Shown: positions 8,193-18,165, counted from the first letter of the stretch. The stretch is 63,067 bases of DNA from Vicinamibacterales bacterium (GCA_036489235.1 DASXGC010000064.1:1-63067), one strand, 5' to 3'. Made by a program: numbers and translations. Notes: generated by a model not told the origin, from the letters alone.

Positions 8193-8651
8193 CTACTTCT
8201 TGGCCCTGCGGATGTAGTCCACGTGGGTGACGCCCGTGATCTTGCCTTCCTTGTCCATGCGGATGTACTCGTTGTGAATCTTGCTGCCATCGTCCGACAA
8301 GGTGTTGATCACGACCTGATACACCGCGCCGTCCCGCTTGTTGTAGATGCGGATGCTCTTGTCGTTGATGATCTCAACCGCCGTCTCGGAGCCCTTCTGG
8401 CCGGCGACGGGACGGAACTTGCCGTCAAAGAAGGTTTCGTAGCTCCACTCCGAGCCCGGCTTGCTGGGGTTGCTGACGGTCAGCTTGCTGCCGCCCTTCT
8501 CGAACGGTTCGTAGGTCATCACATTGTTCGGATCCGTGGAGTTATCCCACACACCGAACCGGTTGCCACCGGTCTGGGCCCAGCTCGGAGTGGCAGAAAA
8601 CATCGCGGTCATGATGACGGCCGTGCAAACAAATAGAATTCGAAAACGCAT
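8193..8651 (-). CDS. Exported hypothetical protein (152 aa), beta-rich and lipocalin-like
   Basis: AGGAG RBS and signal peptide MRFRILFVCTAVIMTAMFSATPSWA. Start chosen inside track ORF 8193..8852. Confidence 0.6.
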   Translation of the reverse strand: MRFRILFVCTAVIMTAMFSATPSWAQTGGNRFGVWDNSTDPNNVMTYEPFEKGGSKLTVSNPSKPGSEWSYETFFDGKFRPVAGQKGSETAVEIINDKSIRIYNKRDGAVYQVVINTLSDDGSKIHNEYIRMDKEGKITGVTHVDYIRRAKK

Positions 8652-9020
8652 CGTTTCTGCTCCTCTTTCGGTCCTCGGTACTCGAAGAACCCAAAGCAGC
8701 ATAATCCGGAATCTGGACCTCGCGCAAAAGTCGTTATATGTAACGCCGGTCGTCGCTTCTCCTCTGACGATTTGGGCGCCATCGCCTGCGCCGTCCTTGA
8801 CAACCGCATCCAGGCCTTCACGCGCGACCATATTCGCCGCGCGTGCCGCCACCGCGGAACTCGCGCTCTCGAACGACTTAAGTCAACTTAGGTTTCGTCC
8901 ACCACAATTTGTTTGCGGTACCAAAACTTAACCGCCACAACGGCACGTTCCGGGTGTAGGCTCCGTGCGTACGTCGGACGTCCGCGCATCTGCGGGAGCC
9001 GCGTCAAGAAGGAGCAGCGA

Positions 9021-9770
9021 ATGATTCTCAAACGTTTAGTCGGTGTTGGATTCTGCGCGGCCGTGCTCGCGACAGCCTCCCTGGTGGGGCTGAAGGCGCA
9101 CGATGACGATCACGGGGTTAAGCCGACTCCCGTCGGATCGTGGTTCGGTGTCGCCCATCCCTGCACTCCGGACGCGGGCCTCGAAGCCGCACTCGGATAC
9201 GTTGAAAAGCCCGGCACTGACGACGCCAACATCTGCAAGAACGCCTGCAAGCTGAATACGCCCGCGGGTGTCTGTCCGACGAGCCAATTCCCGGTCCCCG
9301 AAGTCACGATGATTCCGACCATCGGCGCCGACAACACGGTGACGGCGTACGATTTCGCCGAGATGATCGACCACCACACCATCGCTCAGGGCCGATGGGA
9401 TCTCAATGGACGCACGCGTATCGATCCATATGGCAAGTTGCTCGATCGGTATCAGGCGAGCTTCATCTGGTTCCAGTCGCGTACGCCGACCGGTGGGCCG
9501 ATCTCGATCTACGGCGGCGCCGTCCGGCCGCGCTTCGTCACCTTCTTCGACGATGACGATCCCGATGTGATGCGCGGATTCATTCAGCCCTACGCATTCC
9601 CGTACACCGACAACAACGGCTTTGTCATCCTGAAGCCCGGCACGCCGTTCCCGCTGCTCGATCCGATCAAGCCGCTGCCGGCGGTGTGCGATCCGACGGT
9701 GTTCGATCCGACTCAGCCGCACTGCTTCGGCACGCTGCACTTTGTGATCCGACGCACGCCGTCGCACTGA
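9021..9770 (+). CDS. Exported hypothetical protein (249 aa) with a His/Asp-rich mature N-terminus
   Basis: GAAGGAG RBS and a signal peptide, followed by KAHDDDHGVKPTPVGSW. Confidence 0.6.
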   Translation: MILKRLVGVGFCAAVLATASLVGLKAHDDDHGVKPTPVGSWFGVAHPCTPDAGLEAALGYVEKPGTDDANICKNACKLNTPAGVCPTSQFPVPEVTMIPTIGADNTVTAYDFAEMIDHHTIAQGRWDLNGRTRIDPYGKLLDRYQASFIWFQSRTPTGGPISIYGGAVRPRFVTFFDDDDPDVMRGFIQPYAFPYTDNNGFVILKPGTPFPLLDPIKPLPAVCDPTVFDPTQPHCFGTLHFVIRRTPSH

Positions 9771-9809
9771 TGATCTGAGTCACGACAACCTTTTATCGAA
9801 GGAGACACG

Positions 9810-10352
9810 ATGCCGATAAACGTTTTTGCCGGTCGCCGATCGCTGCGAACGATCGCCGCGACATTTGCCGTCACTTCCCTCCTCGTCGCCGGCGCCGGAA
9901 GCCGGACGCGGCTGCTCGCCGATTCGAATCACGACAACGACAAGAATACGCTCAAGGGCAGCTGGGATATCACCATCACGACGACTCCCAATCCGCCGTT
10001 TGCTGTACCGTTCCGCATCCTCCGCACCGTCACCGGCGCGGGCGTCGTCGACGCGTATGCGTTTCCGCCGATTACGCCGACCGCCGGCGCACTCATCAAC
10101 AGCTCCGGTCACGGCAGCTGGAAAAAAGTGGACGGACACCGGCACTTCACCGTGGTCGTGAAGTACTTCCAGCTCAATCCGGCGACACCGCTCGCCGTAC
10201 TGGACTCAATCGGCACCGTCACCGAAAACATCACGATGTCGGCGGACGGTAATTCGTACAGCAGCTTTTTCTTGACCGAGATCGCATTGCCCGACGGAAC
10301 CGTGATTGTCCAGAACAGCGGATCGACGACGGCAACGCGCATTCAGCCGTAG
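9810..10352 (+). CDS. Exported hypothetical protein (180 aa), possible distant paralog of the upstream gene
   Basis: GAAGGAGA RBS and a signal peptide, followed by DSNHDNDKNTLKGSW, which parallels the HDDDHG..GSW of the neighbouring gene. Confidence 0.6.
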   Translation: MPINVFAGRRSLRTIAATFAVTSLLVAGAGSRTRLLADSNHDNDKNTLKGSWDITITTTPNPPFAVPFRILRTVTGAGVVDAYAFPPITPTAGALINSSGHGSWKKVDGHRHFTVVVKYFQLNPATPLAVLDSIGTVTENITMSADGNSYSSFFLTEIALPDGTVIVQNSGSTTATRIQP

Positions 10353-10360
10353 ACTCAGGG

Positions 10361-10414
10361 ACGTCGCGAGGATCAGCCGGGCCGGTGTCCGGTATTCGCT
10401 GGTCCTCGCGATGT
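10361..10414 (+). terminator. Long stem-loop after the stop codon (no U-tract)
   Basis: Positions 10361-10374 pair with 10401-10414 (14 bp including 2 G-U pairs), enclosing a smaller GC hairpin. It starts 9 nt after the stop at 10352. Confidence 0.35.
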
Positions 10415-10622
10415 CGCTCCGCTCCCGCCAGCCTGCTCCATCCGATCCCTCCCTACTCCGTGACCGACAGCCGCAATCGATGAGCCGGTTGCTGCGTCGA
10501 GCCGAAAAACCTAACCCGACAGGCGCGAGCGATGACTGCTCGATCGGGTGATGTGCCACAATGGCGCCGCGCGAGCACGCGACAGTTTTTTCGGCGCGGA
10601 CATTGCTGTCTCGGACTCTTGA

Positions 10623-11486
10623 GTGCACATGACCCGATTGCGCGCCTCGACTCTCCTCGCGTCGTTCCTTTTGTTGTCCTGTTGGGGACTCAGCGCCCAG
10701 GACATCACCCTTCCATCGGCGCCCAATTCGGTGAAGTTTGGCGTGCTTGGCGATGCCGGGACCGGCGACCGGCCCCAATACGAGATTGCCGATCGGATGG
10801 CGCGACTGCACGCCACCTTCCCATTCGACCGGGTCATCCTGCTCGGCGACAACATCTACGGCGGCCAGGGCGCATCGGACATGGTCAAGAAATTTTCCCA
10901 GCCGTACAAAGCGCTGCTCGATGCCGGTGTGAAGTTCTACGCCTCGGTCGGCAACCACGACGCGCCCGCCAACGTCCGGTACCCGCTGTGGAACATGAAT
11001 GGCCAGCGGTATTACAACTACGCCACCAAAAACGTCCGGTTCTTCGCGCTCGACAGCAACAAGGTGGACCAGCAGGAGCTCGCGTGGCTCGACGCAGAGC
11101 TGGCGAAGGCGCAGGAGGACTGGAAGATCTGCTACTTCCACCATCCGCTCTACTCCGACGGCGGCACCCACGGCTCGGCGATTGACGTCCGGGTGCTCTT
11201 CGAACCGCTGTTCGTGAAGTACGGCGTCAACGTCGTCTTTGCGGGTCACGACCACATTTACGAACGCATCACCCCGCAAAAAGGTATCTACCATTTCGTC
11301 GAGGGCTCGAGCGGCCAGCTGCGCAGGGGCGACACCAGACCGACGGCGATGATGGCAAAGGGGTTCGACCAGGATCAAACGTTCATGCTGGTCGAAATAG
11401 ACGGGGCGGTGCTTTCCTTCCAGACCATTTCGCGGGGTGGCCAGACCGTCGACTCGGGCACCATTCAGCGGCAGGTGCGGCGATGA
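10623..11486 (+). CDS. Exported metallophosphoesterase (calcineurin-like/purple-acid-phosphatase-like)
   Basis: Motifs GDAGTG, GDNIY, GNHD, HHP and GHDH, plus a signal peptide. Confidence 0.85.
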   Translation: MHMTRLRASTLLASFLLLSCWGLSAQDITLPSAPNSVKFGVLGDAGTGDRPQYEIADRMARLHATFPFDRVILLGDNIYGGQGASDMVKKFSQPYKALLDAGVKFYASVGNHDAPANVRYPLWNMNGQRYYNYATKNVRFFALDSNKVDQQELAWLDAELAKAQEDWKICYFHHPLYSDGGTHGSAIDVRVLFEPLFVKYGVNVVFAGHDHIYERITPQKGIYHFVEGSSGQLRRGDTRPTAMMAKGFDQDQTFMLVEIDGAVLSFQTISRGGQTVDSGTIQRQVRR

Positions 11487-12625
11487 GCGTCCAGCGGCGA
11501 TTCGCCGGCCGTCTCTCTGGTCTCATCGTCGAGTACCTGCTGGCACTGCCGATCGGCTGCGTGGCCGCGCTGATCTGGGCCAACTCGCTGCCTGAGAGTT
11601 ACTACCGCTTCTCGCACGCGGCCGCGTTTGCGGTCAACGCCGTTGGCATGGTGTTCTTTCTGGGCCTGATCACCAAGGAAGTGACCGAGGCGACGATTCC
11701 CGGTGGCGCGCTGCACCCGTGGCGCCGTGCCGCGCTGCCTGTCGCGGCCGCGATCGGCGGCGCGGCGCTATCAGTCGTTTGCTATCTTCTCTTCGTTCGT
11801 CAGGCCGGCGAGTACATGCTCGAAAGCGGCTGGGTGGCTGCGTGCGCGATCGACATTCCCGGCAGCTACATCATCGCCAGGATGATCTTCGGCCGCCACC
11901 CTGCCGTGCCCTTTCTGCTCCTGCTCGCCATCGCAGCCGATGCGATCGGCCTGACATGCGTGGCCGTTGTGCAGCCGGTGAGTGACGCGCATCCTGCGAT
12001 CGGCATCGGACTGATGGCGATCGCCATCGGCGTGGCGGCCGGTTTCCGGCACGGCGGAGTCAAGAATTTCTGGTGGTACCTGCTGGGCCCCGGCGTGGTG
12101 TCGTGGTTCGCACTCTTTCTGGGCGGCGTTCACCCGGCGCTCGCACTCGTGCCGATCGTGCCGTTCTTCCCGCACGGCCGGCGCGATGCGGGCCTCTTCG
12201 TGGAGCCTGCGCCCCAGGCGCACGACACGCTGACGCTGTTCGAGCGTTGGTGGCGTCTGCCGGTCGAAGCCGTGCTCCTGCTCTTCGGGCTGGTGAATGC
12301 CGGGGTGCCGCTGCATGGCCTCGAGGCCGGGATGTGGGCGATTCCAGTCGCCGCCTTGGGACGTCCCATCGGGATCATCGCAGCGGCTGGACTGGCTCTC
12401 GCCGGCGGGCTGCACCTGCCCCATAGTGTCGGCTGGCGCGAGCTGGTCGTCATCGCCTGCACGGCGTCGATCGGGCTGATCTTCGCCCTGTTCTTCGCAG
12501 GAGCCGTGATGCCGCCGGGGCCGATTCTTCTCGAAATGAAAAGCGGCGCGCTCATCACGATCTTCGGCGCCCTGCTGGCATTCGCTGCCGCGAGGCTCCT
12601 CGGGGTTGGACGCTTCGCTCGATGA
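11483..12625 (+). CDS. nhaA: NhaA-family Na+/H+ antiporter homolog (atypical active-site motif)
   Basis: Colinear with my recollection of E. coli NhaA (..MVFFLGL..KE.., PVAAAIGG, GW..A.DI). The ATG overlaps the upstream stop (ATGA). Confidence 0.7.
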   Translation: MSVQRRFAGRLSGLIVEYLLALPIGCVAALIWANSLPESYYRFSHAAAFAVNAVGMVFFLGLITKEVTEATIPGGALHPWRRAALPVAAAIGGAALSVVCYLLFVRQAGEYMLESGWVAACAIDIPGSYIIARMIFGRHPAVPFLLLLAIAADAIGLTCVAVVQPVSDAHPAIGIGLMAIAIGVAAGFRHGGVKNFWWYLLGPGVVSWFALFLGGVHPALALVPIVPFFPHGRRDAGLFVEPAPQAHDTLTLFERWWRLPVEAVLLLFGLVNAGVPLHGLEAGMWAIPVAALGRPIGIIAAAGLALAGGLHLPHSVGWRELVVIACTASIGLIFALFFAGAVMPPGPILLEMKSGALITIFGALLAFAAARLLGVGRFAR

Positions 12626-12964
12626 ACGGACCATGAACACCAGCGATTCGCTGACAGGTTGAACAGGGACAGGCCCTGCGACAATTTTCTGTTGCTGACC
12701 GCGGCCGATCGTGAAAACAATCGGCGATGGAAAAGAAGCCGCGAGGGCCGGCCCCGACGGACTCGGGAACGTACACGCCTGCACGGCGGCCGTTGGCGCA
12801 TTCGCGCAGTGCAATCAAACGCCAGGATCAGATCGCCGCGGATATCAACGAGCATGTCCGCAAGCGCGTGCAGAAACCGGAACCGAAGAAGACCGGCTGA
12901 AACATTTCGGTAAACAAACAGGCACTCGCGTCATCGGACGCACTTCGTTTGATACGCTGGCCTC

Positions 12965-14428
12965 GTGAATCGCAGAGCGTTCATGCGGTTGAGCGGCTTG
13001 AGCACGCTGGCGATCGGCGTCGCAGGATCGAGTGCAGCGGCGTCCACCTCGGATGCCGAACAGACGACCACCGGTTCCTCGATTGAGCCGCCCGCCGATC
13101 TCACCATCACGATCGCGCCGGTCACCGTGGAGCTGGCGCCCAACCTCGTCTTCAGCACCATCGGCTACAACGGATCGTCGCCCGGTCCGATCGTGCGAAT
13201 GCGCGAGGGCATTCCACAGATCGTCGACGTGCTCAACCACACCGATGTGCCTGAGCAACTTCATTGGCACGGCCTCTGTTTGCCTTCCGAACTCGACGGC
13301 GCTGAAGAAGAAGGCACGCCGACAGTGCCGCCACACGGCACACGTCGCTATCACTTCACGCCGACACCGGCGGGAACACGGTGGTACCACACGCACACCA
13401 TGGCGATGGCCGACCTGCACCGCGGCAGCTACACGGGACAATTCGGCTTTCTGGTGGTCGAGGGGAACAACGACGCCGGCGCGTACGACCAGGAGGTTTT
13501 CCTCGCCTTGCGCGATTGGGAGCCGTACTTCACGACGCAAATGGCCGACATGGATGCGCTCGCGCCGCGATGGCCGCAGCCTGAGCGTCCTGATGTCGCC
13601 GACATCCGGGCAAACGGACTCGAGGTCAGCGCGGCCTTTTACTCCATCAACGACAAGGCACTCGGCGCAGGCGAACCGATTCGGGTGCGCAACGGCCAAC
13701 GCGTCCTGTTCCACATCCTCAACGCGAGCGCGATCGAGAATCGCAGCATCGCCATGTCGGGTCATCAATTCCGTGTACTGGCGCTGGACGGCAACCCTGT
13801 ACCGTCACCACAGCTGGTGAATCATCTGGTGCTCGGGCCCGGCGAACGCGTCGATGCGACGGTCGAGATGAACCGTCCCGGCGTGTGGATCATGGGTGCG
13901 CTCGAGGACAACGTCCGCAAGGCCGGCCTGGGAATCGTCATCGAGTATGCCGGCCAACGCCGGCCGCCCGAGTGGATCCCGCCGGGGCCGTCAGTATGGG
14001 ACTACACCCTGTTTGGCGAGGCGGCCGCCGGCACCTCCCCGTCGGTCCGTCCACCCGCCGAAACGATCGAGATGATCTTCGAGAAGGTGCCCCGCGCCCA
14101 CGAGGACAAATTCAACGGCTTTTTGATCAATGGAACGCCGTATCCACACGACCGCGAATTCGTGTTGCGTGAAGGGCGCCGCTACCGGCTGGTCCTTCGC
14201 AACCGTACAGACGATGCGCATCCGATGCATTTGCATCGGCATCTATTCGAGCTGGCGGAGATTTACGGGAAGCTCACGTCCGGCGTGATCAAGGACACCG
14301 TCGTTGTCCCGAGGTACGGGCGGGCGATCGTGGAGTTCGTCGCCGACCAGCCAGGGCTGACGCTCTTCCACTGTCACATCCAGCAACACATGGACTACGG
14401 CTTCAAGGCACTGCTGCGCTATGCCTAG
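12965..14428 (+). CDS. Tat-exported multicopper oxidase
   Basis: Twin-arginine signal MNRRAFMRLSG. Copper motifs HWHG, WYHTH, HPMHLHRH and HCHIQQHMDYGF. Confidence 0.9.
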   Translation: MNRRAFMRLSGLSTLAIGVAGSSAAASTSDAEQTTTGSSIEPPADLTITIAPVTVELAPNLVFSTIGYNGSSPGPIVRMREGIPQIVDVLNHTDVPEQLHWHGLCLPSELDGAEEEGTPTVPPHGTRRYHFTPTPAGTRWYHTHTMAMADLHRGSYTGQFGFLVVEGNNDAGAYDQEVFLALRDWEPYFTTQMADMDALAPRWPQPERPDVADIRANGLEVSAAFYSINDKALGAGEPIRVRNGQRVLFHILNASAIENRSIAMSGHQFRVLALDGNPVPSPQLVNHLVLGPGERVDATVEMNRPGVWIMGALEDNVRKAGLGIVIEYAGQRRPPEWIPPGPSVWDYTLFGEAAAGTSPSVRPPAETIEMIFEKVPRAHEDKFNGFLINGTPYPHDREFVLREGRRYRLVLRNRTDDAHPMHLHRHLFELAEIYGKLTSGVIKDTVVVPRYGRAIVEFVADQPGLTLFHCHIQQHMDYGFKALLRYA

Positions 14429-14437
14429 TCCAGATCC

Positions 14438-15112
14438 CTATTTGTGCGGCTCGACCCAGACGTCGCTGAGCTTGATTTGTTCGATCAGCTGCAGCGGATC
14501 GAATTTTCGAAATCCGGCGGGAACCGTGAAGAGTGTTGACGCCTGCGGCGCGTCGACGATTGCGTCGAGGGTCACGACTGATCCGTCCCAGCTTTCGAGC
14601 CGAATCGGAAACTGGCGCAGCGGATCGATCCAGCGGTAGCTTCGGCGACCGTCGCGTGATGTCACCTCGTACTTCAGAGCCTCGTGACCGTTGACGTCCT
14701 GCGTGCCGATGCGCTCACAGCGCCAGCCTCCGCCTCCCGACGTGGCCCCGGCAATTGACTCCATTGCCTCCCACTGCCGGCAGGCGTCGGCCGGATCCAC
14801 TCGAACCAGGACCTGCGTCCACGGACTGGAACGCCTGGCGTCCATGAACACGCGCTGCCGCGGCCGGACGAACCACGCCGCCGGCTGATCCGCGTTGACG
14901 ACAAAGAATCCGTCAGCCTGATCGCGCGTTTCAATGCGGACTTTGCTGCCGGACACGTAGACCCTGCCGAGTGTCTCCTTCGACTGGCTCACCGCTTTGA
15001 TTGTGCCCAGTTCCGCCACGAAGTTCTGCGCGTGCGCCACGGACTCGAAACCGGCGAGGCCGGCGAGCAGGCACACCAAGCAGAGTGACACGGTCGCGAT
15101 CGACTTGCTCAT
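14438..15112 (-). CDS. Exported hypothetical protein (LolA/DUF4412-like beta fold suspected)
   Basis: GGAGGA RBS and signal peptide MSKSIATVSLCLVCLLAGLAGFESVAHA. Start chosen inside track ORF 14438..15133. Confidence 0.55.
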   Translation of the reverse strand: MSKSIATVSLCLVCLLAGLAGFESVAHAQNFVAELGTIKAVSQSKETLGRVYVSGSKVRIETRDQADGFFVVNADQPAAWFVRPRQRVFMDARRSSPWTQVLVRVDPADACRQWEAMESIAGATSGGGGWRCERIGTQDVNGHEALKYEVTSRDGRRSYRWIDPLRQFPIRLESWDGSVVTLDAIVDAPQASTLFTVPAGFRKFDPLQLIEQIKLSDVWVEPHK

Positions 15113-15223
15113 GAACAGTCCTCCGGGGATCAATCGTTCAATGACGAAAGGCGTCGATCGAGTTGGAGCCCGATCGACGCCGAAGTTTCTTTCCCGAAGC
15201 CCTGAGAAAGGGCTCGACCCCGC

Positions 15224-17215
15224 TCAGTAGAACGGCTGGTTGTTCGGCGCCTTCGTGAAATCGAAGATGTCGAACAGATCGTCGAGCGCCGGCATGTTCA
15301 CCGGCACGTAGGGGTTCTTCGCCTTGACGACTGGATTCGGGAAGTTGTCGCGGCTGCGGTGGCTCATCGTGCCCAGGTGCCAGTTCCGCTCGATGAACTT
15401 ATCGAGCGAGACGTGATCGCCGTAGCTGTGATTGATCTGTCCACCGGTCGAGTACGACGAGAGCACCAGCAGCGGCATCCGTGGACCGTCGCCGAAGTAG
15501 TCCAAGATTTGCGAGAAGCCGGAATCCCAGTAGCCGCCGGCCTCGTCCCAGGTGACGAAGACCGCAGTGGTCGCCTTCAGTGCGGGGTTCGCTTCGAGTG
15601 CATCGAGGACGTTCTGCACGTAGGCTTCGAAGAGATCGAGCTTCGAACTCTGCGGATGACCGTCGAGGAGACCGTCCGGCTTGCCGATCGAGACCGCCGG
15701 CAGCTCGTTGTTGCCGATGGCGGTGATGAGATCGGTGGTGTCCTTGATGTGCTCCGCTCGCTGCCCGGCATCGCCCATGATCGATTTGGCGTACTGGAAC
15801 GGATTGCAGATCTGGCAGTAAGCGACGCCGAGCGCGTGGATGGGATCGGCAGCGGCGGCCGCCGACAGGCTGGGATTGGCGGGGTTCGCCACCACTGCTT
15901 CAGCCGCCAGAATCGCGGCGTCGTTGTAGGCGCCGCCGTAGTAGGCCCAGCTGATGCTCTTGGTGTTCAGCAGGTCGCCGATCGTCGGCACGCTCGAGGG
16001 CGGCAAAGATCCCTGGACCGCCGGCACCAACGTGCCGTCGGGCAGGTAGCCGGGGTTGGTGTTGTTCAGCATGTAGTAGTGGTTCTGCGCGCAGTTCGGC
16101 TCGGCCGTGTACGGCAGGCTCTCGATGTAGTCGACGATCGGCTTCACACCGGGGTTGGTGACATCAGAGCAATCGCTGAAGTTGTTATCGGCGATGTACT
16201 GGTTGATCGTGCCGGCCTTCGGGTTCGGATTGGCGATGTTCGATGGCGGTGTGACCGGGTTGCCGTTGCCGTCGCTCCAGAAGCCGGCGTCGCCGGTGCC
16301 GAACATGAAGTGGTTGGCGCCGGTTCCGCCGAGGAACGACTGGTGGAAGTTGTCGCTGAGCGTGAAGCGATCGGCCAGCCGCTTCAGAAACGCGGCCTGC
16401 TCCTGCTCGGCGTTGTAGAAGCCCATCTCGTTGCCGAGGCTGCGATTGCTCGCGGAGTAGGTGGCCATCACAAACGGGAACAGGTCGTTCAGGCAACCGG
16501 TCGGATTCGCCTTCGTCGCGTTGGCGAGGCTGCAATCCTGCTGCTGCCAGGCCTGATAGAAACGGTGCGTCATGTCGCCGGTGTAGTCATCGTCGCTGAG
16601 CAGCGGCCCCTGAAGGACGAACGGTCCGGGCGGCAGTGAGCCCGCACCGGGGACGCGCGTGTCGAGGACATTCTTGGCGAGGCCGGTGGCGCCGGTGGTG
16701 AGCAGGCTGGCGTTGGCCGGCTCGATGTCCGGATCCGCAGGAATCGAGATGAACGGCGCCGAGGTGGCGGATGCGGCGGTGGGCGCGCCGTTCGTGTTCG
16801 GCTGCGGCATCAGGTTGGTCGAGAGGTTGTACGGCGTCTTCGCGCTATCCGGCGGTCCGATGTAGAAGAGCGGTTGCGCCGCGACCGAATACTGCTGCGC
16901 CAGGCCGTAGCTCGGTCCTGGCGTGCCGTCCTGATTCACGATGCCGTTGGACAGGATGTTCGAGATCGTTTCCTTCTTCCCCTTCGGCACATACACACCG
17001 AAGGTGTGATCCAGACCGCGGTTCTCGCCGATCAGCACGATGACGTGCTTGATCGGGCTTTCCGTCTTGAACTTGGCAGCCGCATCTTTCGGTGTCTTCT
17101 GTTTCTTCGACGCGTCGACCACCGACTGTGCAATGCCGGTGGCCGACAACGCCACCGAAATGCAGAGCGACGTCGCGAGCTCGCGTTTTCTTCTGCTGAA
17201 AATGTTCTGACGCAT
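15224..17215 (-). CDS. Exported phosphoesterase-family protein (phospholipase C/AcpA acid-phosphatase-like)
   Basis: ..HVIVLIGENRGLDHTFG.. near the N-terminus and ..VTWDEAGGYWD.. are typical of the phosphoesterase family. GGAGGG RBS. Start at MRQNIF. Confidence 0.75.
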   Translation of the reverse strand: MRQNIFSRRKRELATSLCISVALSATGIAQSVVDASKKQKTPKDAAAKFKTESPIKHVIVLIGENRGLDHTFGVYVPKGKKETISNILSNGIVNQDGTPGPSYGLAQQYSVAAQPLFYIGPPDSAKTPYNLSTNLMPQPNTNGAPTAASATSAPFISIPADPDIEPANASLLTTGATGLAKNVLDTRVPGAGSLPPGPFVLQGPLLSDDDYTGDMTHRFYQAWQQQDCSLANATKANPTGCLNDLFPFVMATYSASNRSLGNEMGFYNAEQEQAAFLKRLADRFTLSDNFHQSFLGGTGANHFMFGTGDAGFWSDGNGNPVTPPSNIANPNPKAGTINQYIADNNFSDCSDVTNPGVKPIVDYIESLPYTAEPNCAQNHYYMLNNTNPGYLPDGTLVPAVQGSLPPSSVPTIGDLLNTKSISWAYYGGAYNDAAILAAEAVVANPANPSLSAAAAADPIHALGVAYCQICNPFQYAKSIMGDAGQRAEHIKDTTDLITAIGNNELPAVSIGKPDGLLDGHPQSSKLDLFEAYVQNVLDALEANPALKATTAVFVTWDEAGGYWDSGFSQILDYFGDGPRMPLLVLSSYSTGGQINHSYGDHVSLDKFIERNWHLGTMSHRSRDNFPNPVVKAKNPYVPVNMPALDDLFDIFDFTKAPNNQPFY

Positions 17216-17360
17216 GCGATCCCCCTCCACGGTTGTTGTTCGAACTGAACCAAAACCCGAGAGTGAGATGATGCAGATCGACGATGACGATGGCGTTATC
17301 GCGTCGTATCGTGCGTGAAACGTTTGCGGCTGAGCGTGGCTAAGGAAATCGTTGCGGAAT

Positions 17361-17756
17361 TCAGTGCGCCTCGGACAGCGATTGCCGAATCGCATCCGTC
17401 AACTCGGTTACTGTCACCGGTTTCGTGAGCACGTAGCGCACGTTCAACCGGTTTGCTTCGGCCAGTGCGGTTTCACGATCGACACCGGTCATCATCACCA
17501 CCGGTATGTGCACCAGCGCCGGATTCGATCGCATCTTGCGCAACACCGTCCAGCCATCAACGATCGGCATCGTCACGTCGAGGATGACGAGATCCGGCTT
17601 GCGCTCTCGGGCGATGGCGTATCCGTCGAGTGCGTCAGTCGCGGTGACGATCGTCATGTCCTTGTGCACCGACAACGCCATCGCCATGCCCTCGACGAAG
17701 TTGCGGGAATCGTCGATCAGGAGAATCAGTCGGCGACTCATCAAGGCCCGGCTCAT
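17361..17756 (-). CDS. Single-domain CheY-like response regulator
   Basis: LILLIDD.., ..DLVILDVTMP.. and ..LTKP.. receiver motifs. There is no output domain and no adjacent histidine kinase. Confidence 0.8.
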   Translation of the reverse strand: MSRALMSRRLILLIDDSRNFVEGMAMALSVHKDMTIVTATDALDGYAIARERKPDLVILDVTMPIVDGWTVLRKMRSNPALVHIPVVMMTGVDRETALAEANRLNVRYVLTKPVTVTELTDAIRQSLSEAH

Positions 17757-17825
17757 ATGTGCTTCGCAGTGTACCCGAGACGTCCCGTTACAATCGCAGA
17801 TCGCCGTTAGGAGACAATCAGGAAT

Positions 17826-18077
17826 ATGGTCTGGTTCTTCGAACGCGCCGATGAAGTGCTCGAGCTCGAAACACGCTACGACAACGCCACGTCCGAATAT
17901 GTGCTCGAGCAGCGCCGCCCCGGGGCTCCGGCTGAGGTCGAGCGTTTCAAGGACGCCGCGTCGTTCCGGCAGCGGCTTCAGGCCATCGAAGCGAGTCTCG
18001 GCGGACAGCACTGGGAGCAACGAAGCACGCCGACGATTCTGTCGCACGGCTGGCCGGATACCACGCCGCGACGCTGA
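17826..18077 (+). CDS. Small hypothetical protein (83 aa)
   Basis: AGGAG RBS and high third-position GC. It is divergent from the response regulator. Confidence 0.5.
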   Translation: MVWFFERADEVLELETRYDNATSEYVLEQRRPGAPAEVERFKDAASFRQRLQAIEASLGGQHWEQRSTPTILSHGWPDTTPRR

Positions 18078-18130
18078 GCGTTATCACCGCGGGAACCGGC
18101 CTCTATTGTTCAGTTCGGCAGTACTGCCCA

Positions 18131-18165
18131 CAAACAAAAAGGGCCGGCGCTTGGCGCGCCGGCCC
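18131..18165 (-). terminator. Rho-independent terminator of the exported redox cluster
   Basis: GGGCCGGCGC-loop-GCGCCGGCCC forms a 10-11-bp stem, followed on the minus strand by TTTTTGTTTG. Confidence 0.65.

Noticed and set aside
12711-12968. 85-aa ORF in the 340-nt gap upstream of the multicopper oxidase
   Set aside because: It has no RBS, a low-complexity translation, and it ends inside the oxidase start. The region is more likely 5' regulatory DNA. I found no recognisable CueR/CopR-type operator either.
10206-13768. Long minus-strand ORFs 10206..11378, 11771..12814 and 12845..13768
   Set aside because: They are antisense to the metallophosphoesterase, NhaA and multicopper oxidase genes, all of which carry unambiguous catalytic or TM motifs.
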